Below are positions 16,001 to 25,129 of a DNA stretch of 64,000 nucleotides, in pieces; positions within the stretch are counted from its first letter, which is position 1; every line of letters starts with the position of its first letter. This stretch comes from Clostridia bacterium (lineage in GTDB: Bacteria; Bacillota; Clostridia; Oscillospirales; CAG-272). The notes below the pieces were generated by a model, which saw only the letters and a program-made list of their open reading frames with translations, did not search any database and was not told the origin of the DNA. The translations under genes and the position numbers were made by a program. The stretch lies in contig JAFQDC010000072.1 of the NCBI GenBank assembly GCA_017416205.1, positions 65,874 through 129,873 on the forward strand, written 5' to 3'.

Positions 16001-18055
16001 TTACTCAGCGTCCTCAGCGGGAGCGTCTGTGGAGTAAACTACCTCAGCGTCCTCAACGTTCTCTGCGCCTTCTTCAGCAGCCTTAGCCTCTTCGAGAAGA
16101 GCACGGATGGAAAGGCTGATCTTGCGGTTCTCATCGTCGATAGCAGTAACCTTTGCATCAACAACGTCGCCAACCTTAAGTACGTCAGCGGGAGTTGCGA
16201 TCTTGTGGTCTGCGATCTGGCTGATGTGGATAAGACCGTCAGCGCCGGGAACTACCTCTGCGAATGCACCGAAGGGCATGAGAGATACGATCTTAACGCT
16301 TGCAGTATCGCCAACGGAGTACTTCTCGTTGAAGATGTGCCAAGGATCCATATCCTCTGTCTTGTAGCCGAGAGAGATTCTGCCCTTCTCAGCGTCAAGT
16401 GCCTTGATGTAAACCTTGATAACGTCACCAACGCTTACAACCTCCTGGGGATGACGGATACGTCTCCAGGAAAGCTCGGATGTATGTACCATACCGTCTA
16501 CGCCGCCGAGATCAACGAATGCGCCGTAGTTTGTAAGGCTCTTAACGGGACCCTCATAGATCTGGCCAACCTCAACCTGTGCCCAGAATGCAGCCTCCTT
16601 TGCCTTTCTCTCCTCGAGAAGAACGGCACGGATGGAAGCGAATGCACGCTTGCGGTCTTCCTTGATCTCGATGATCTTAACCTTCTGTGTTGTACCAACG
16701 AGGGCCTGAAGTGCCTCAGGGCCTGCGTCCTTAGCAACGCCGGAAAGGGATGCGGGAATGAATACGCGAACTGCGTTGATGGAAATGATAAGGCCACCCT
16801 TAACGCACTCAACGATCTTACCCTCGCAAACTTCGCCTGACTCGTACTTAGCTACGATATCAAGCCAGTTAGCCTCGGAATCAACACGAAGCTTATCGAG
16901 AACTGCGATGCCCTCGATATCGCTTACTCTGATTACCTTTGCCTTAACCTCATCGCCGACCTTAAACATCTGATCCAGCTTAGCCTGGGGGTCGTCGGTA
17001 AGCTTGTCGTGTACAATAACGCCGGTTGTCTTCGCACCGAGATCGAGAGTGATCTCATTGTTAGCGACGGATGTAACAATACCGACGACGATATCTCCTG
17101 GATTAATAGTTTTCATGGTCTGCTCGAGCATCTCAGCAAAATTTTCTTTTTGCTCAATCATGGTTTTAACCTCCTGTATTACACTGAACGGCGTGGATGC
17201 ACCGGCAGCAATTGATATTTTGTTACATTTGGGAATGACCAATTCCCGAAGTGCTTCTGCGTTTTCGCAGAGAAAAGTGTTTTCACATCTTTTTTTACAG
17301 ATCTCAAAAAGCTTGACTGTATTGGAGCTCTGTCGGCTTCCTATAACTATCATAGCGTCCGACGTATCTGCAAGCTCTTTTACTTCCGTCTGTCTTTCTT
17401 CCGTAACATTACATATTGTATCAAAAATTTTGAGATTTGTATATAGTTTTTTGAGAATTTCCAAACATTTTTTCCATTCTGACAGTTTTTGCGTGGTCTG
17501 AGCGGCCACAGACACCTGAATTTCGCTATTCTTTGGGGCTTTTTCAGTCCTTGACCACTCTTCAATAGCCTCTGCGCTGTCAAAAACCAGGCTGTCGCCG
17601 AGGCAACAGCTGATGATTCCCTGAACCTCGGGATGCTCTCGGGCTCCGATAAGAATGAAAAGCTTTCCCTCGCCTGAGTTTTCGCGGGCGATCTTTCTGA
17701 CCTTGTTAACGTAAGGGCAGGTGCAGTCAACGACCTTCAGATTACCGGTTTTCTTTTCGCAATCCTTGAGCGAATCAAGGTTTTTCTTGATCTCTCCGTG
17801 AGCGCGGATGATAACGATGATCTTTTCCCCGCTCTCTGCCCTTTTGCAAATGCTTGGGATATCCTCGCAGGAAAGCTCTCCCACTCCCTTTGATTTAAGA
17901 GTGGCAACGTAGCCGTTATTATGGATGATCCTTCCCAGAGTATATATTTTCGTTTTGCTGTCACGGTTTTCGCCTGCCAGCTTTTCGGCCGTGTCCGTAG
18001 CTCTTTTCACGCCAAAGCAAAAGCCTGCGTGCTCGGCAATTCTGATATCAGCCAT
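16001..18055 (-). CDS. ispH: bifunctional 4-hydroxy-3-methylbut-2-enyl diphosphate reductase (IspH) / ribosomal protein S1-domain fusion
   Basis: The N-terminus AEHAGFCFGVKRA and two further Cys (DCTCPYV, DTICNVT) mark IspH. The C-terminal half carries four S1 OB-fold repeats (e.g. GDIVVGIVTSV, GEVCEGKIVECV, GQIYEGPVKSL, GDTASVKIVSL). The start was trimmed to ATG 18055, which overlaps the plsC stop by 8 nt. Confidence 0.9.
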   Translation of the reverse strand: MADIRIAEHAGFCFGVKRATDTAEKLAGENRDSKTKIYTLGRIIHNNGYVATLKSKGVGELSCEDIPSICKRAESGEKIIVIIRAHGEIKKNLDSLKDCEKKTGNLKVVDCTCPYVNKVRKIARENSGEGKLFILIGAREHPEVQGIISCCLGDSLVFDSAEAIEEWSRTEKAPKNSEIQVSVAAQTTQKLSEWKKCLEILKKLYTNLKIFDTICNVTEERQTEVKELADTSDAMIVIGSRQSSNTVKLFEICKKRCENTFLCENAEALRELVIPKCNKISIAAGASTPFSVIQEVKTMIEQKENFAEMLEQTMKTINPGDIVVGIVTSVANNEITLDLGAKTTGVIVHDKLTDDPQAKLDQMFKVGDEVKAKVIRVSDIEGIAVLDKLRVDSEANWLDIVAKYESGEVCEGKIVECVKGGLIISINAVRVFIPASLSGVAKDAGPEALQALVGTTQKVKIIEIKEDRKRAFASIRAVLLEERKAKEAAFWAQVEVGQIYEGPVKSLTNYGAFVDLGGVDGMVHTSELSWRRIRHPQEVVSVGDVIKVYIKALDAEKGRISLGYKTEDMDPWHIFNEKYSVGDTASVKIVSLMPFGAFAEVVPGADGLIHISQIADHKIATPADVLKVGDVVDAKVTAIDDENRKISLSIRALLEEAKAAEEGAENVEDAEVVYSTDAPAEDAE

Positions 18056-18698
18056 TGGACTTTCCCTCAAGATTTTCGCCGATGGAGCATACGCGGTCAA
18101 AAATCAGTTCTGCTGCATTTTTGTATTCTTCCTTGCCGCCCTTTTCAAAGCCTAGAGCCTCGTAGGGGATAACCTCTCCGAAATGGACCTCGGTCTTTCC
18201 GAAAAAGTGGGTGTGATTGTTTTTGGTTTTAATAAATACGGGAACAACGTCGCATTTTGCGCGGTATGCGATAAGACCGACACCGTGCTGCACCTGAGTG
18301 TCTCTGGGGTTTACGCCTCGATGTCTTGTGCCCTGAGGGAAGATACCAACGGCGTTGCCCTCCCCGATCATTGCAACGGTCTGTCTGAGGGCTGCAACGT
18401 CTCCGCCATTGCGGTCAACGGGATAAGCTCCCAGAGCCTTTACAAGAGCGCCGATAATGGGAACTGAGAAAAGCTCCTTTTTTGCCATATAGCGGACCTG
18501 AACGTCTGTGGAGGCGGACATAACGATAACGTCGCTGAAGGAGGTGTGGTTTGCGCAAACTATAACTCCGCGGTCAGAGGGAACGTTTTCTTCGCCAAAT
18601 GCTTTCACTCGAAAGATAGCTTTGGCAGGGCCGCCAAGCACCTTTTTATAAGCAGCGTAGGTCTTATTGAAGTTTTTATCCTTAGCTTTCTTTGCCAT
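18048..18698 (-). CDS. plsC: 1-acyl-sn-glycerol-3-phosphate acyltransferase
   Basis: It has the HxxxxD acyltransferase motif (NHTSFSD) and the FPQGTR motif. Confidence 0.85.
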   Translation of the reverse strand: MAKKAKDKNFNKTYAAYKKVLGGPAKAIFRVKAFGEENVPSDRGVIVCANHTSFSDVIVMSASTDVQVRYMAKKELFSVPIIGALVKALGAYPVDRNGGDVAALRQTVAMIGEGNAVGIFPQGTRHRGVNPRDTQVQHGVGLIAYRAKCDVVPVFIKTKNNHTHFFGKTEVHFGEVIPYEALGFEKGGKEEYKNAAELIFDRVCSIGENLEGKSNG

Positions 18699-18712
18699 AT
18701 CAGTCCTCCGGC

Positions 18713-19390
18713 TCAGAGTGTTCTGCAGAGCTTGTCTTTGATTATCTTGAGGGCTACCTTCAGAGTCTCCTCGGGGGTATAATCGGAATTATCTATAAAT
18801 ATCGCATCGTCTGCGGGAATTGCGGGGGCAACCGTGCGGTTCTGGTCGTTTGAGTCACGCTTTATGATATCCTTGAGTACCTCTTCCTCAGTACTTGTAT
18901 CGCCGCGCTCGCAAAGCTCCTCGTAGCGGCGACGCGCTCTTGCCTTGGCAGATGCCTCCATAAAGAGCTTAACGTCTGCATCGGGCATGATAACCGTACC
19001 GATATCGCGGCCGTCCATAACTACGCCGCCCTCTGTAGTCATTTTCTTCTGTATTTCAAGAAGGAAAGCACGAACTGCGGGAACTGCGCTGACAGCAGAC
19101 GCATACATTGACATTTCGGGAGTTCTGATAAGATCGGAAACGTCCTCTCCATTAAGGAGAACTCGCTGACCGGCCTCCGTATACTTAAGAGCAAGATCTG
19201 CCTTTGGAAGGAACTTTACAACCTTGCTCGCTTCCTCAAGGGGAACACCGCATCTCTTTGCAAAAAGACCTACGGTGCGGTAAAGAGCTCCGGTATCAAC
19301 ATAAACCAGGCCGAGAGCCTTTGCAATATTCTTGGCAAGAGTGCTCTTGCCGCTTCCGCTGGGGCCGTCAATAGCTATTTTAATATTCAT
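18713..19390 (-). CDS. cmk: cytidylate kinase
   Basis: It has the P-loop IAIDGPSGSGKST and DTGALYR. The cmk-plsC-S1 synteny is typical. Confidence 0.9.
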   Translation of the reverse strand: MNIKIAIDGPSGSGKSTLAKNIAKALGLVYVDTGALYRTVGLFAKRCGVPLEEASKVVKFLPKADLALKYTEAGQRVLLNGEDVSDLIRTPEMSMYASAVSAVPAVRAFLLEIQKKMTTEGGVVMDGRDIGTVIMPDADVKLFMEASAKARARRRYEELCERGDTSTEEEVLKDIIKRDSNDQNRTVAPAIPADDAIFIDNSDYTPEETLKVALKIIKDKLCRTL

Positions 19391-19421
19391 AAGGGTATCC
19401 TTTCCTTAATCGTATTTTCAG

Positions 19422-20663
19422 TCAATCTTCGAAGGTATAATATGCGGCGCACTCGCCGGCTTTTTTTCCTGTGGACCAGGCGATCTGAAGGTTGTATCCT
19501 CCGGTATAGGCATCAACGTCAATGATCTCTCCCGCAAAGAAAAGACCCTCGATCTTTTTTGACATCATGGTGGCGGGGTTTATTTCGCTAACGTCCACTC
19601 CTCCTGCCGTGACCACCGCTTCGTCAAGTGAGCGGAAGGCGCGGGGGGAAAGGGTATAGTGCTTTAAAGTATTCAGAAGCGCGTGTCGCTCGGTCTTTGT
19701 GACCTCGCCGGACTTCTTTCTCGGATCAATTCCGCAGCGCTCCACAACGTCGTCAATAAGCTTTGCGGGGAGAAGATCGCCGAGAGAGTTTACAAAATCT
19801 CTTGCCGAGTATTTGGAAAGATCGGATATTAAGCGACGGTCAAGTGTTTCATCGTCAAGGGCAGGCTTTAAGTCTATCTCCATTCTGTAATTCTCGGGAG
19901 AGCCCTTTTGCATATGAGCGCTGGCAGACAAAACGAGGGGGCCGCTTACACCGAAATGAGTAAAGAGCATTTCTCCCTGCTCCTCGCTTATACACTTGTC
20001 TCCCAGAAAAACGGAAAGCTTCACGTTTTTCAGAGAAAGACCCATCATGGGAGCCGTATTGTCGTGAAGAATTACGGGAACGAGGGAGGGCTTCAGGGGG
20101 GTGACCTTGATACCAAGCTCCCTTGCCATTCTGTGGCCGTCTCCCGTTGATCCCGTTTTGGGATAGGAAACGCCGCCAGTGGCAAGTATTACCGCTGAGT
20201 GGCCGTACTCGCCCTTTGATGTAACAACGCCCACAGCCGTGCCGTTTTCTGTCTTTATTCCCTTGACGTGCTCGTAGACTACAGAGCAGCCAAGGTCTTC
20301 AATATATTTTTCAAGAGCGCGGGAAACGTCTCCCGCTTTATCGGATACGGGGAATACTCTTCTGCCTCTTTCCGTTTTCAAGGGAACGCCAAGGCCCTCG
20401 AAGTAAGCCATAACGTCCTCGGGAGAAAACTTAAAAACGGAGGAATAGAGAAATTTCTCGTTTGAAAGCACGTTTTTGAGTATTTCTGCGGGAGGGCAGT
20501 TGTTTGTGACGTTGCATCTGCCCTTGCCTGTAATACGAAGCTTTTTACCGAGACGGTCGTTATGCTCATAGAGGGTAACAGAGGCACCTGATTCAAGGGC
20601 CGCTGCCGCCGCCATCATACCTGCGGCACCTCCGCCTACGACTGCGATACTAAGCTCACTCAT
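19422..20663 (-). CDS. HI0933/BaiN-like NAD(P)/FAD-dependent oxidoreductase
   Basis: It has the dinucleotide fold VVGGGAAGMMAA, the motif GKKLRITGKGRCNVTN and the C-terminal GEIIDVDAYTGGYNLQIAWSTG. Confidence 0.8.
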   Translation of the reverse strand: MSELSIAVVGGGAAGMMAAAAALESGASVTLYEHNDRLGKKLRITGKGRCNVTNNCPPAEILKNVLSNEKFLYSSVFKFSPEDVMAYFEGLGVPLKTERGRRVFPVSDKAGDVSRALEKYIEDLGCSVVYEHVKGIKTENGTAVGVVTSKGEYGHSAVILATGGVSYPKTGSTGDGHRMARELGIKVTPLKPSLVPVILHDNTAPMMGLSLKNVKLSVFLGDKCISEEQGEMLFTHFGVSGPLVLSASAHMQKGSPENYRMEIDLKPALDDETLDRRLISDLSKYSARDFVNSLGDLLPAKLIDDVVERCGIDPRKKSGEVTKTERHALLNTLKHYTLSPRAFRSLDEAVVTAGGVDVSEINPATMMSKKIEGLFFAGEIIDVDAYTGGYNLQIAWSTGKKAGECAAYYTFED

Positions 20664-21532
20664 TTTTCAGCAATTCCCTTCTTTTCGTAAACGTGGTATT
20701 CCTCCCAAACGTTTTCAAGCTGTCTGAGTGTTTCTGCCACCTCATCCTTTTTCTTAACTCCGATAGCCGCAAGGAGGGCGTTGATTATGGAGAGGGGAGC
20801 AACGAGGGAGTCTGCAAAGGAGGCCATATCGCTTTTTGCAAAGAGGGCTGCTGTGGAGCCCTTTGCAATGGGAGAGGAGGCGCTGTCTGTTATAGCAATT
20901 ACCTTTGCGTTTTTATCATTTGCAAATCTGACAGCGTTGATAACGCGGCTGGAATAGCGGGGGAAGCTGATGGCGATAACTGCGTCCCCTTCCTTAACGC
21001 GCATAAGGTGGTCAAAGATCTCGCTGCCGCCTGCGTTTCTTACAAGGTGAACGTTCTTGAAAATAAGGCTCAGGTTGTAGTCGAGAAATTCCGCAAGAGC
21101 GAAGGATGAGCGCATACCGATAACGTAGATGGTACCTGCGGAAAGGATAGCCTCAACGGCAGATTCAAACGCGTCCTTGTCGATATTTTCAAGGGTTGAG
21201 CGAATACGCTCTGCGTCCCCGTTGAGAACGGTCTCAAGAACGCCGCCATCTGCAAAGCGGTTGTTGGCAACCTCCATACGCTGAACGGTGGTAAGGCGCT
21301 TTCTGAGAGTTTCCTGCATTGCACGGTGAAGCTCGGGATAGCCGTCGTATCCAAGCTCGATGGCGAATCGAACGACGGTGGACTCGGAAACTCCCGCCTC
21401 CTCGCCAAGGCGGGATGCAGTCATATAAGCTGCCTTGTCGCAGTGATCTGTTATGTAAGCTGCGATCCTTTTCTGTCCCTTGGACATTTCGGGAAGCAAT
21501 TTTTCAATAATTTCAATAAGATCGGATGCCAT
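20660..21532 (-). CDS. MurR/RpiR family transcriptional regulator
   Basis: It has an N-terminal HTH (SRLGEEAGVSESTVVRFA) and a C-terminal SIS sugar-phosphate-binding domain (IYVIGMRSS). Confidence 0.85.
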   Translation of the reverse strand: MASDLIEIIEKLLPEMSKGQKRIAAYITDHCDKAAYMTASRLGEEAGVSESTVVRFAIELGYDGYPELHRAMQETLRKRLTTVQRMEVANNRFADGGVLETVLNGDAERIRSTLENIDKDAFESAVEAILSAGTIYVIGMRSSFALAEFLDYNLSLIFKNVHLVRNAGGSEIFDHLMRVKEGDAVIAISFPRYSSRVINAVRFANDKNAKVIAITDSASSPIAKGSTAALFAKSDMASFADSLVAPLSIINALLAAIGVKKKDEVAETLRQLENVWEEYHVYEKKGIAEK

Positions 21533-21660
21533 TGCAAGTCCTTTCGAAAAATATAAAAAATCATGATACGTACATCATTATCTAATATATCATTATACCG
21601 AAAACTCTCCAAAAAGTCAAGGATATTGCAGACACCCCCGAAAACAAAGAAAAAATTAAA

Positions 21661-21693
21661 TTCGACAAAAAAGAAAACCGCCGAGGCGGTTTT
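21661..21693 (-). terminator. second intrinsic terminator after tgt
   Basis: The hairpin AAAACCGCcgagGCGGTTTT is followed on the minus strand by CTTTTTTGTCG. Confidence 0.65.
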
Positions 21694-21733
21694 CCACATT
21701 TTCTCTTCTCTTTTCACTTTTCTCTCTTCACTC

Positions 21734-21765
21734 AAAACGCCACCTGCAAAAGCAGGTGGCGTTTT
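21734..21765 (-). terminator. intrinsic terminator immediately after the tgt stop
   Basis: A 14-bp perfect stem AAAACGCCACCTGCaaaaGCAGGTGGCGTTTT lies 3 nt from the stop at 21768. Confidence 0.75.
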
Positions 21766-21767
21766 GG

Positions 21768-22904
21768 TTAGTCTTTGCTTCTTTCTGCCAGAGCGTTATG
21801 ATATTTCTGATAGAAGGACTCGAAGTAGCCTCCGTCGAGAGCATCGCGTATCTTCTGTGTGAGCTCGTTATAGAAGTAGAGATTATGCTGAACTGCAAGA
21901 CGCATACCAACGGCCTCCTTCGCCTTAATAAGGTGGCGGATATAGGAGCGGCTGTGGTGGCGGCAGGCGGGGCAGCCGCAGTTCTCGTCAATGGGACGGG
22001 GATCGCGGGCATACTTCTCGTTCATAATATTTACCTTACCGTGCCATGTGAACACGTTACCGTGGCGGGCATTACGGGAGGGCATTACGCAGTCAAAGAA
22101 GTCAACTCCAAGATGAACTGCCTCAAGAATATTCTGAGGAGTACCGACACCCATAAGGTATCGGGGCTTGTTCTCGGGCATATAGGGCTCAACTGCGTCG
22201 ATGATGCGGTACATCTCCTCTGCCTCCTCGCCGACTGCAAGGCCGCCGATGGCGTATCCGTCAAGGTCAAGCTCTGCGATCTTCTTCATATGCTCGATAC
22301 GGAGATCCTCATAAGTGCTTCCCTGATTGATACCGAAAAGCATCTGCTGAGGGTTTACTGTATCGGGAAGAGAATTGAGGCGGGCCATTTCCGCCTTACA
22401 ACGCTCAAGCCAACGGTAGGTTCTGTCGCAGGAGCGCTTTGTGTAGTTATACTCTGCAGGGTTCTCGATGCACTCGTCAAATGCCATAGCGATGGTAGAG
22501 CCAAGGTTTGACTGTATCTGCATGCTCTCCTCGGGGCCCATGAATATACGCTTTCCGTCAATATGAGAAGCGAAGTAAACGCCCTCCTCCTTGATCTTGC
22601 GAAGGGAGGAGAGGGAGAACACCTGAAATCCGCCGGAGTCTGTAAGGATAGGCTTTTTCCAGCCTGTAAAGCCCTGAAGACCGCCCATATCGTGAACAAG
22701 TCTGTCACCGGGACGGAGATGCAGGTGATATGTGTTTGAGAGCATTACCTGACAGTTTACCTCTTCAAGGTCCCATGCGTCGAGACCGCCCTTGATTGCG
22801 GCGCAGGTGGCAACGTTCATAAATACGGGTGTTTCAATAACGCCGTGAGGGGTAGTGAGCTGACCGCGGCGTGCTCTGCCGTCTTTAGCTTTGAGTTTGA
22901 ACAT
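21768..22904 (-). CDS. tgt: queuine tRNA-ribosyltransferase (tRNA-guanine transglycosylase)
   Basis: It has ARRGQLTTPHGVIETPVFM, DSGGFQV and the Zn site CGCPACRHHSRSYIRHL. The start was trimmed to ATG 22904, which has GGAG 9 nt upstream. Confidence 0.9.
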   Translation of the reverse strand: MFKLKAKDGRARRGQLTTPHGVIETPVFMNVATCAAIKGGLDAWDLEEVNCQVMLSNTYHLHLRPGDRLVHDMGGLQGFTGWKKPILTDSGGFQVFSLSSLRKIKEEGVYFASHIDGKRIFMGPEESMQIQSNLGSTIAMAFDECIENPAEYNYTKRSCDRTYRWLERCKAEMARLNSLPDTVNPQQMLFGINQGSTYEDLRIEHMKKIAELDLDGYAIGGLAVGEEAEEMYRIIDAVEPYMPENKPRYLMGVGTPQNILEAVHLGVDFFDCVMPSRNARHGNVFTWHGKVNIMNEKYARDPRPIDENCGCPACRHHSRSYIRHLIKAKEAVGMRLAVQHNLYFYNELTQKIRDALDGGYFESFYQKYHNALAERSKD

Positions 22905-23060
22905 AATAAATAACTCCATTCTGCCGTCTATACGGCGCATAAAAGGTTGAAACTCGACCGTGTTCCGCAGGAACAAAAATGGGTTGGGTCCCATTTTTAA
23001 GGAGAGTTTGTGCGTGAAAAAAGTAAAGTTTAAAATATTGGAATCTAAAGTTTCACGCGT

Positions 23061-25040
23061 TTATATTAATCTTTCGAACTGACGCTCGATGGATGATTTT
23101 TTGATTTCAAAGGCAACGGGTCTGCCGTGGGGGCAGGTCTTGATAACGCTTCCGTTTTCGTCGGGCTTTTTCAAAATCTTTGAGCAGATCCATTTTATAT
23201 GATCCTGCCCGTAAACTCTTCCGCCCTTTATAGCCGCCTTGCAGGAGGCCTGATAAAGCTTTGCTTCAAAGTATTTGGCACTCGTTGTTTCAATGCTTCC
23301 CGTGGAGTCGGCAAGGACCGTGGCAAGCTCGCTTATCATATCCGCAGAGGCCTCGCGGCCGAGATCTGTGGGTATTTCCGTGATCCTGAGCTCGTGTCTC
23401 TCCGCCTCGTGGACAAAGGCAAAGCCCATTGCGCGCACCTTATCGGAATACTCAAGAAGAGCAAGAGCTTCCGCTTCTCCTATAGGCACTCTGAGAGGGT
23501 ACATAAGCATCTGGCTTGAGCGCTCAGCCGCTTCCATCTTTTGGCAAAGCTCGTCAAAGAGGATGCGCTCGTGGGCGGCGTGCTTGTCTATCATCAGTAG
23601 CCTGTCGGCAAGCTGAACGATAACATAGCAGTTGTACGCCTCTCCCAGTATCTGATAGTCGGGGATCTCCTCTTTTTTCGGTGCGCAAGGCGCTTTCGGC
23701 TGTACGGGCGGGGCTTTTTGCTCAGGTGTTACCGTTATTCTCGGGAGTGCGACAGTCCTCGTCTCCTCCTTTTTTTCGGGGGCGACATGAGGCTTTTCTT
23801 CCTTTTTCGGTATTTCCCGCGGCATTGTTGCAAAGGAATCTATCTTTATCTGAGCGTTTTCAGGCTTCTCTTCCTTTTTGCGCTCCACGGGAACGAAAGC
23901 ATTTGCAATATTTACGCCTGCCTTTTTCGTGTATGTATCCTGCACCTTTTTTGTTTCCGATACTGGCGCGACAGTTTTTTTCTCTTCTTTTTTATCGGTG
24001 ACGGTGAAGGGAACGTCGACAGCGCCAAGGCGCATCTCGGGGCGGGAAACGGTGTTTTGCAGGGTGTTGAGCACTGCATAATATACAGCCTCGAAAATTA
24101 TTCTTTCGTTTGCAAATTTCACCTCAAGCTTTGAGGGATGAACGTTTACGTCCACCACCGCAGGATTCAGGATGATATTAAGAATGCAAACGGGGAACTT
24201 CTGATGGGGGATCCTTGTGGAGTAGGCCTGCTCAATGGCGGCCATTGCGGTACGGCTTTTTACAAAGCGTCCGTTTATAAAGAAGTTTTCAAAATTTTTG
24301 TTTGATCTTACAAGATCGGGCTCGCCGATGTAGCCAACAACGCGGATACCGTTGCCGTCAGTGCGGTCAACGGGGCTCATTCTTTTGGCAATATCCTTTC
24401 CGTAAACGGAATAGATGGCGTCTATGAGCTTTCCCGTGCCGGGTGTCATAAAGCGGACGTCTCCGTCCATAACGTATTTTATTGCCACCTCAGGGGAGGA
24501 AACTGCGATCTTTTCCATAACGGCAGTAACTGCGGCAGCCTCGGAGGCATCCTTTTTTAGGAATTTGCGCCTTGCAGGCACGTTATAGAAAAGCTCGGAT
24601 ACCACAACTGTAGTGCCCTTTGAGGTGCCCGTTTCGCAAAGGTCGATTATCTCCCCGCCCTCGCATTCCATAACGCATCCCGTAGAGTGACCCTCGGCTC
24701 TTGTAAGCACCTTAAGCTTACATACGGAGGCGATGGCGGCAAGTGCTTCACCGCGAAAGCCCAGAGTGCCGATGGCGCTGAGATCCTCAGCAGTTGCGAT
24801 CTTGCTCGTTGCGTGGCGAAGAACAGTCAGGGGAACGTCGTCAGGCTCGATTCCGCATCCGTTATCGGAAACGCGCATAAACGTGGTGCCGCCGTGACGT
24901 ATCTCAACAGTAATGTTCTTCGCTCCTGCGTCTATTGAATTTTCACAAAGCTCTTTTATTACGGAGGCAGGTCTGTCTACCACCTCTCCTGCGGCTATGA
25001 GGTTTGCAACGTCAAAGCCGAGAACGTTTATCTTTCCCAC
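23061..25040 (-). CDS. mutL: DNA mismatch repair protein MutL
   Basis: It has the GHKL ATPase N-terminus (IAAGEVVDRPASVIKELCENSIDAG), a Lys/Pro/Glu-rich linker and a C-terminal dimerisation/endonuclease region (DKHAAHERILFD). Confidence 0.9.
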   Translation of the reverse strand: MGKINVLGFDVANLIAAGEVVDRPASVIKELCENSIDAGAKNITVEIRHGGTTFMRVSDNGCGIEPDDVPLTVLRHATSKIATAEDLSAIGTLGFRGEALAAIASVCKLKVLTRAEGHSTGCVMECEGGEIIDLCETGTSKGTTVVVSELFYNVPARRKFLKKDASEAAAVTAVMEKIAVSSPEVAIKYVMDGDVRFMTPGTGKLIDAIYSVYGKDIAKRMSPVDRTDGNGIRVVGYIGEPDLVRSNKNFENFFINGRFVKSRTAMAAIEQAYSTRIPHQKFPVCILNIILNPAVVDVNVHPSKLEVKFANERIIFEAVYYAVLNTLQNTVSRPEMRLGAVDVPFTVTDKKEEKKTVAPVSETKKVQDTYTKKAGVNIANAFVPVERKKEEKPENAQIKIDSFATMPREIPKKEEKPHVAPEKKEETRTVALPRITVTPEQKAPPVQPKAPCAPKKEEIPDYQILGEAYNCYVIVQLADRLLMIDKHAAHERILFDELCQKMEAAERSSQMLMYPLRVPIGEAEALALLEYSDKVRAMGFAFVHEAERHELRITEIPTDLGREASADMISELATVLADSTGSIETTSAKYFEAKLYQASCKAAIKGGRVYGQDHIKWICSKILKKPDENGSVIKTCPHGRPVAFEIKKSSIERQFERLI

Positions 25041-25097
25041 GGCGACTCCTTTCTGAAAAAGTGAATAGTGAAGAGTGAATAGTGAAGAGTTATTGTT

Positions 25098-25123
25098 GAT
25101 ATCCGTACAAAAGTACGGATATC
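25098..25123 (-). other. 11-bp stem hairpin between mutS and mutL (no U-tract)
   Basis: GATATCCGTACaaaaGTACGGATATC lies 7 nt after the mutS stop. No T-run follows on the minus strand, so it is not a canonical terminator. Confidence 0.4.
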
Positions 25124-25129
25124 TTCATC

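Noticed and set aside
22905-23060. preQ1 riboswitch upstream of tgt
   Set aside because: There is no short hairpin followed by the A-rich tail/ACUA motif characteristic of preQ1-I. The segment only holds a weak A/T-rich hairpin (22975-22998) that may terminate mutL.
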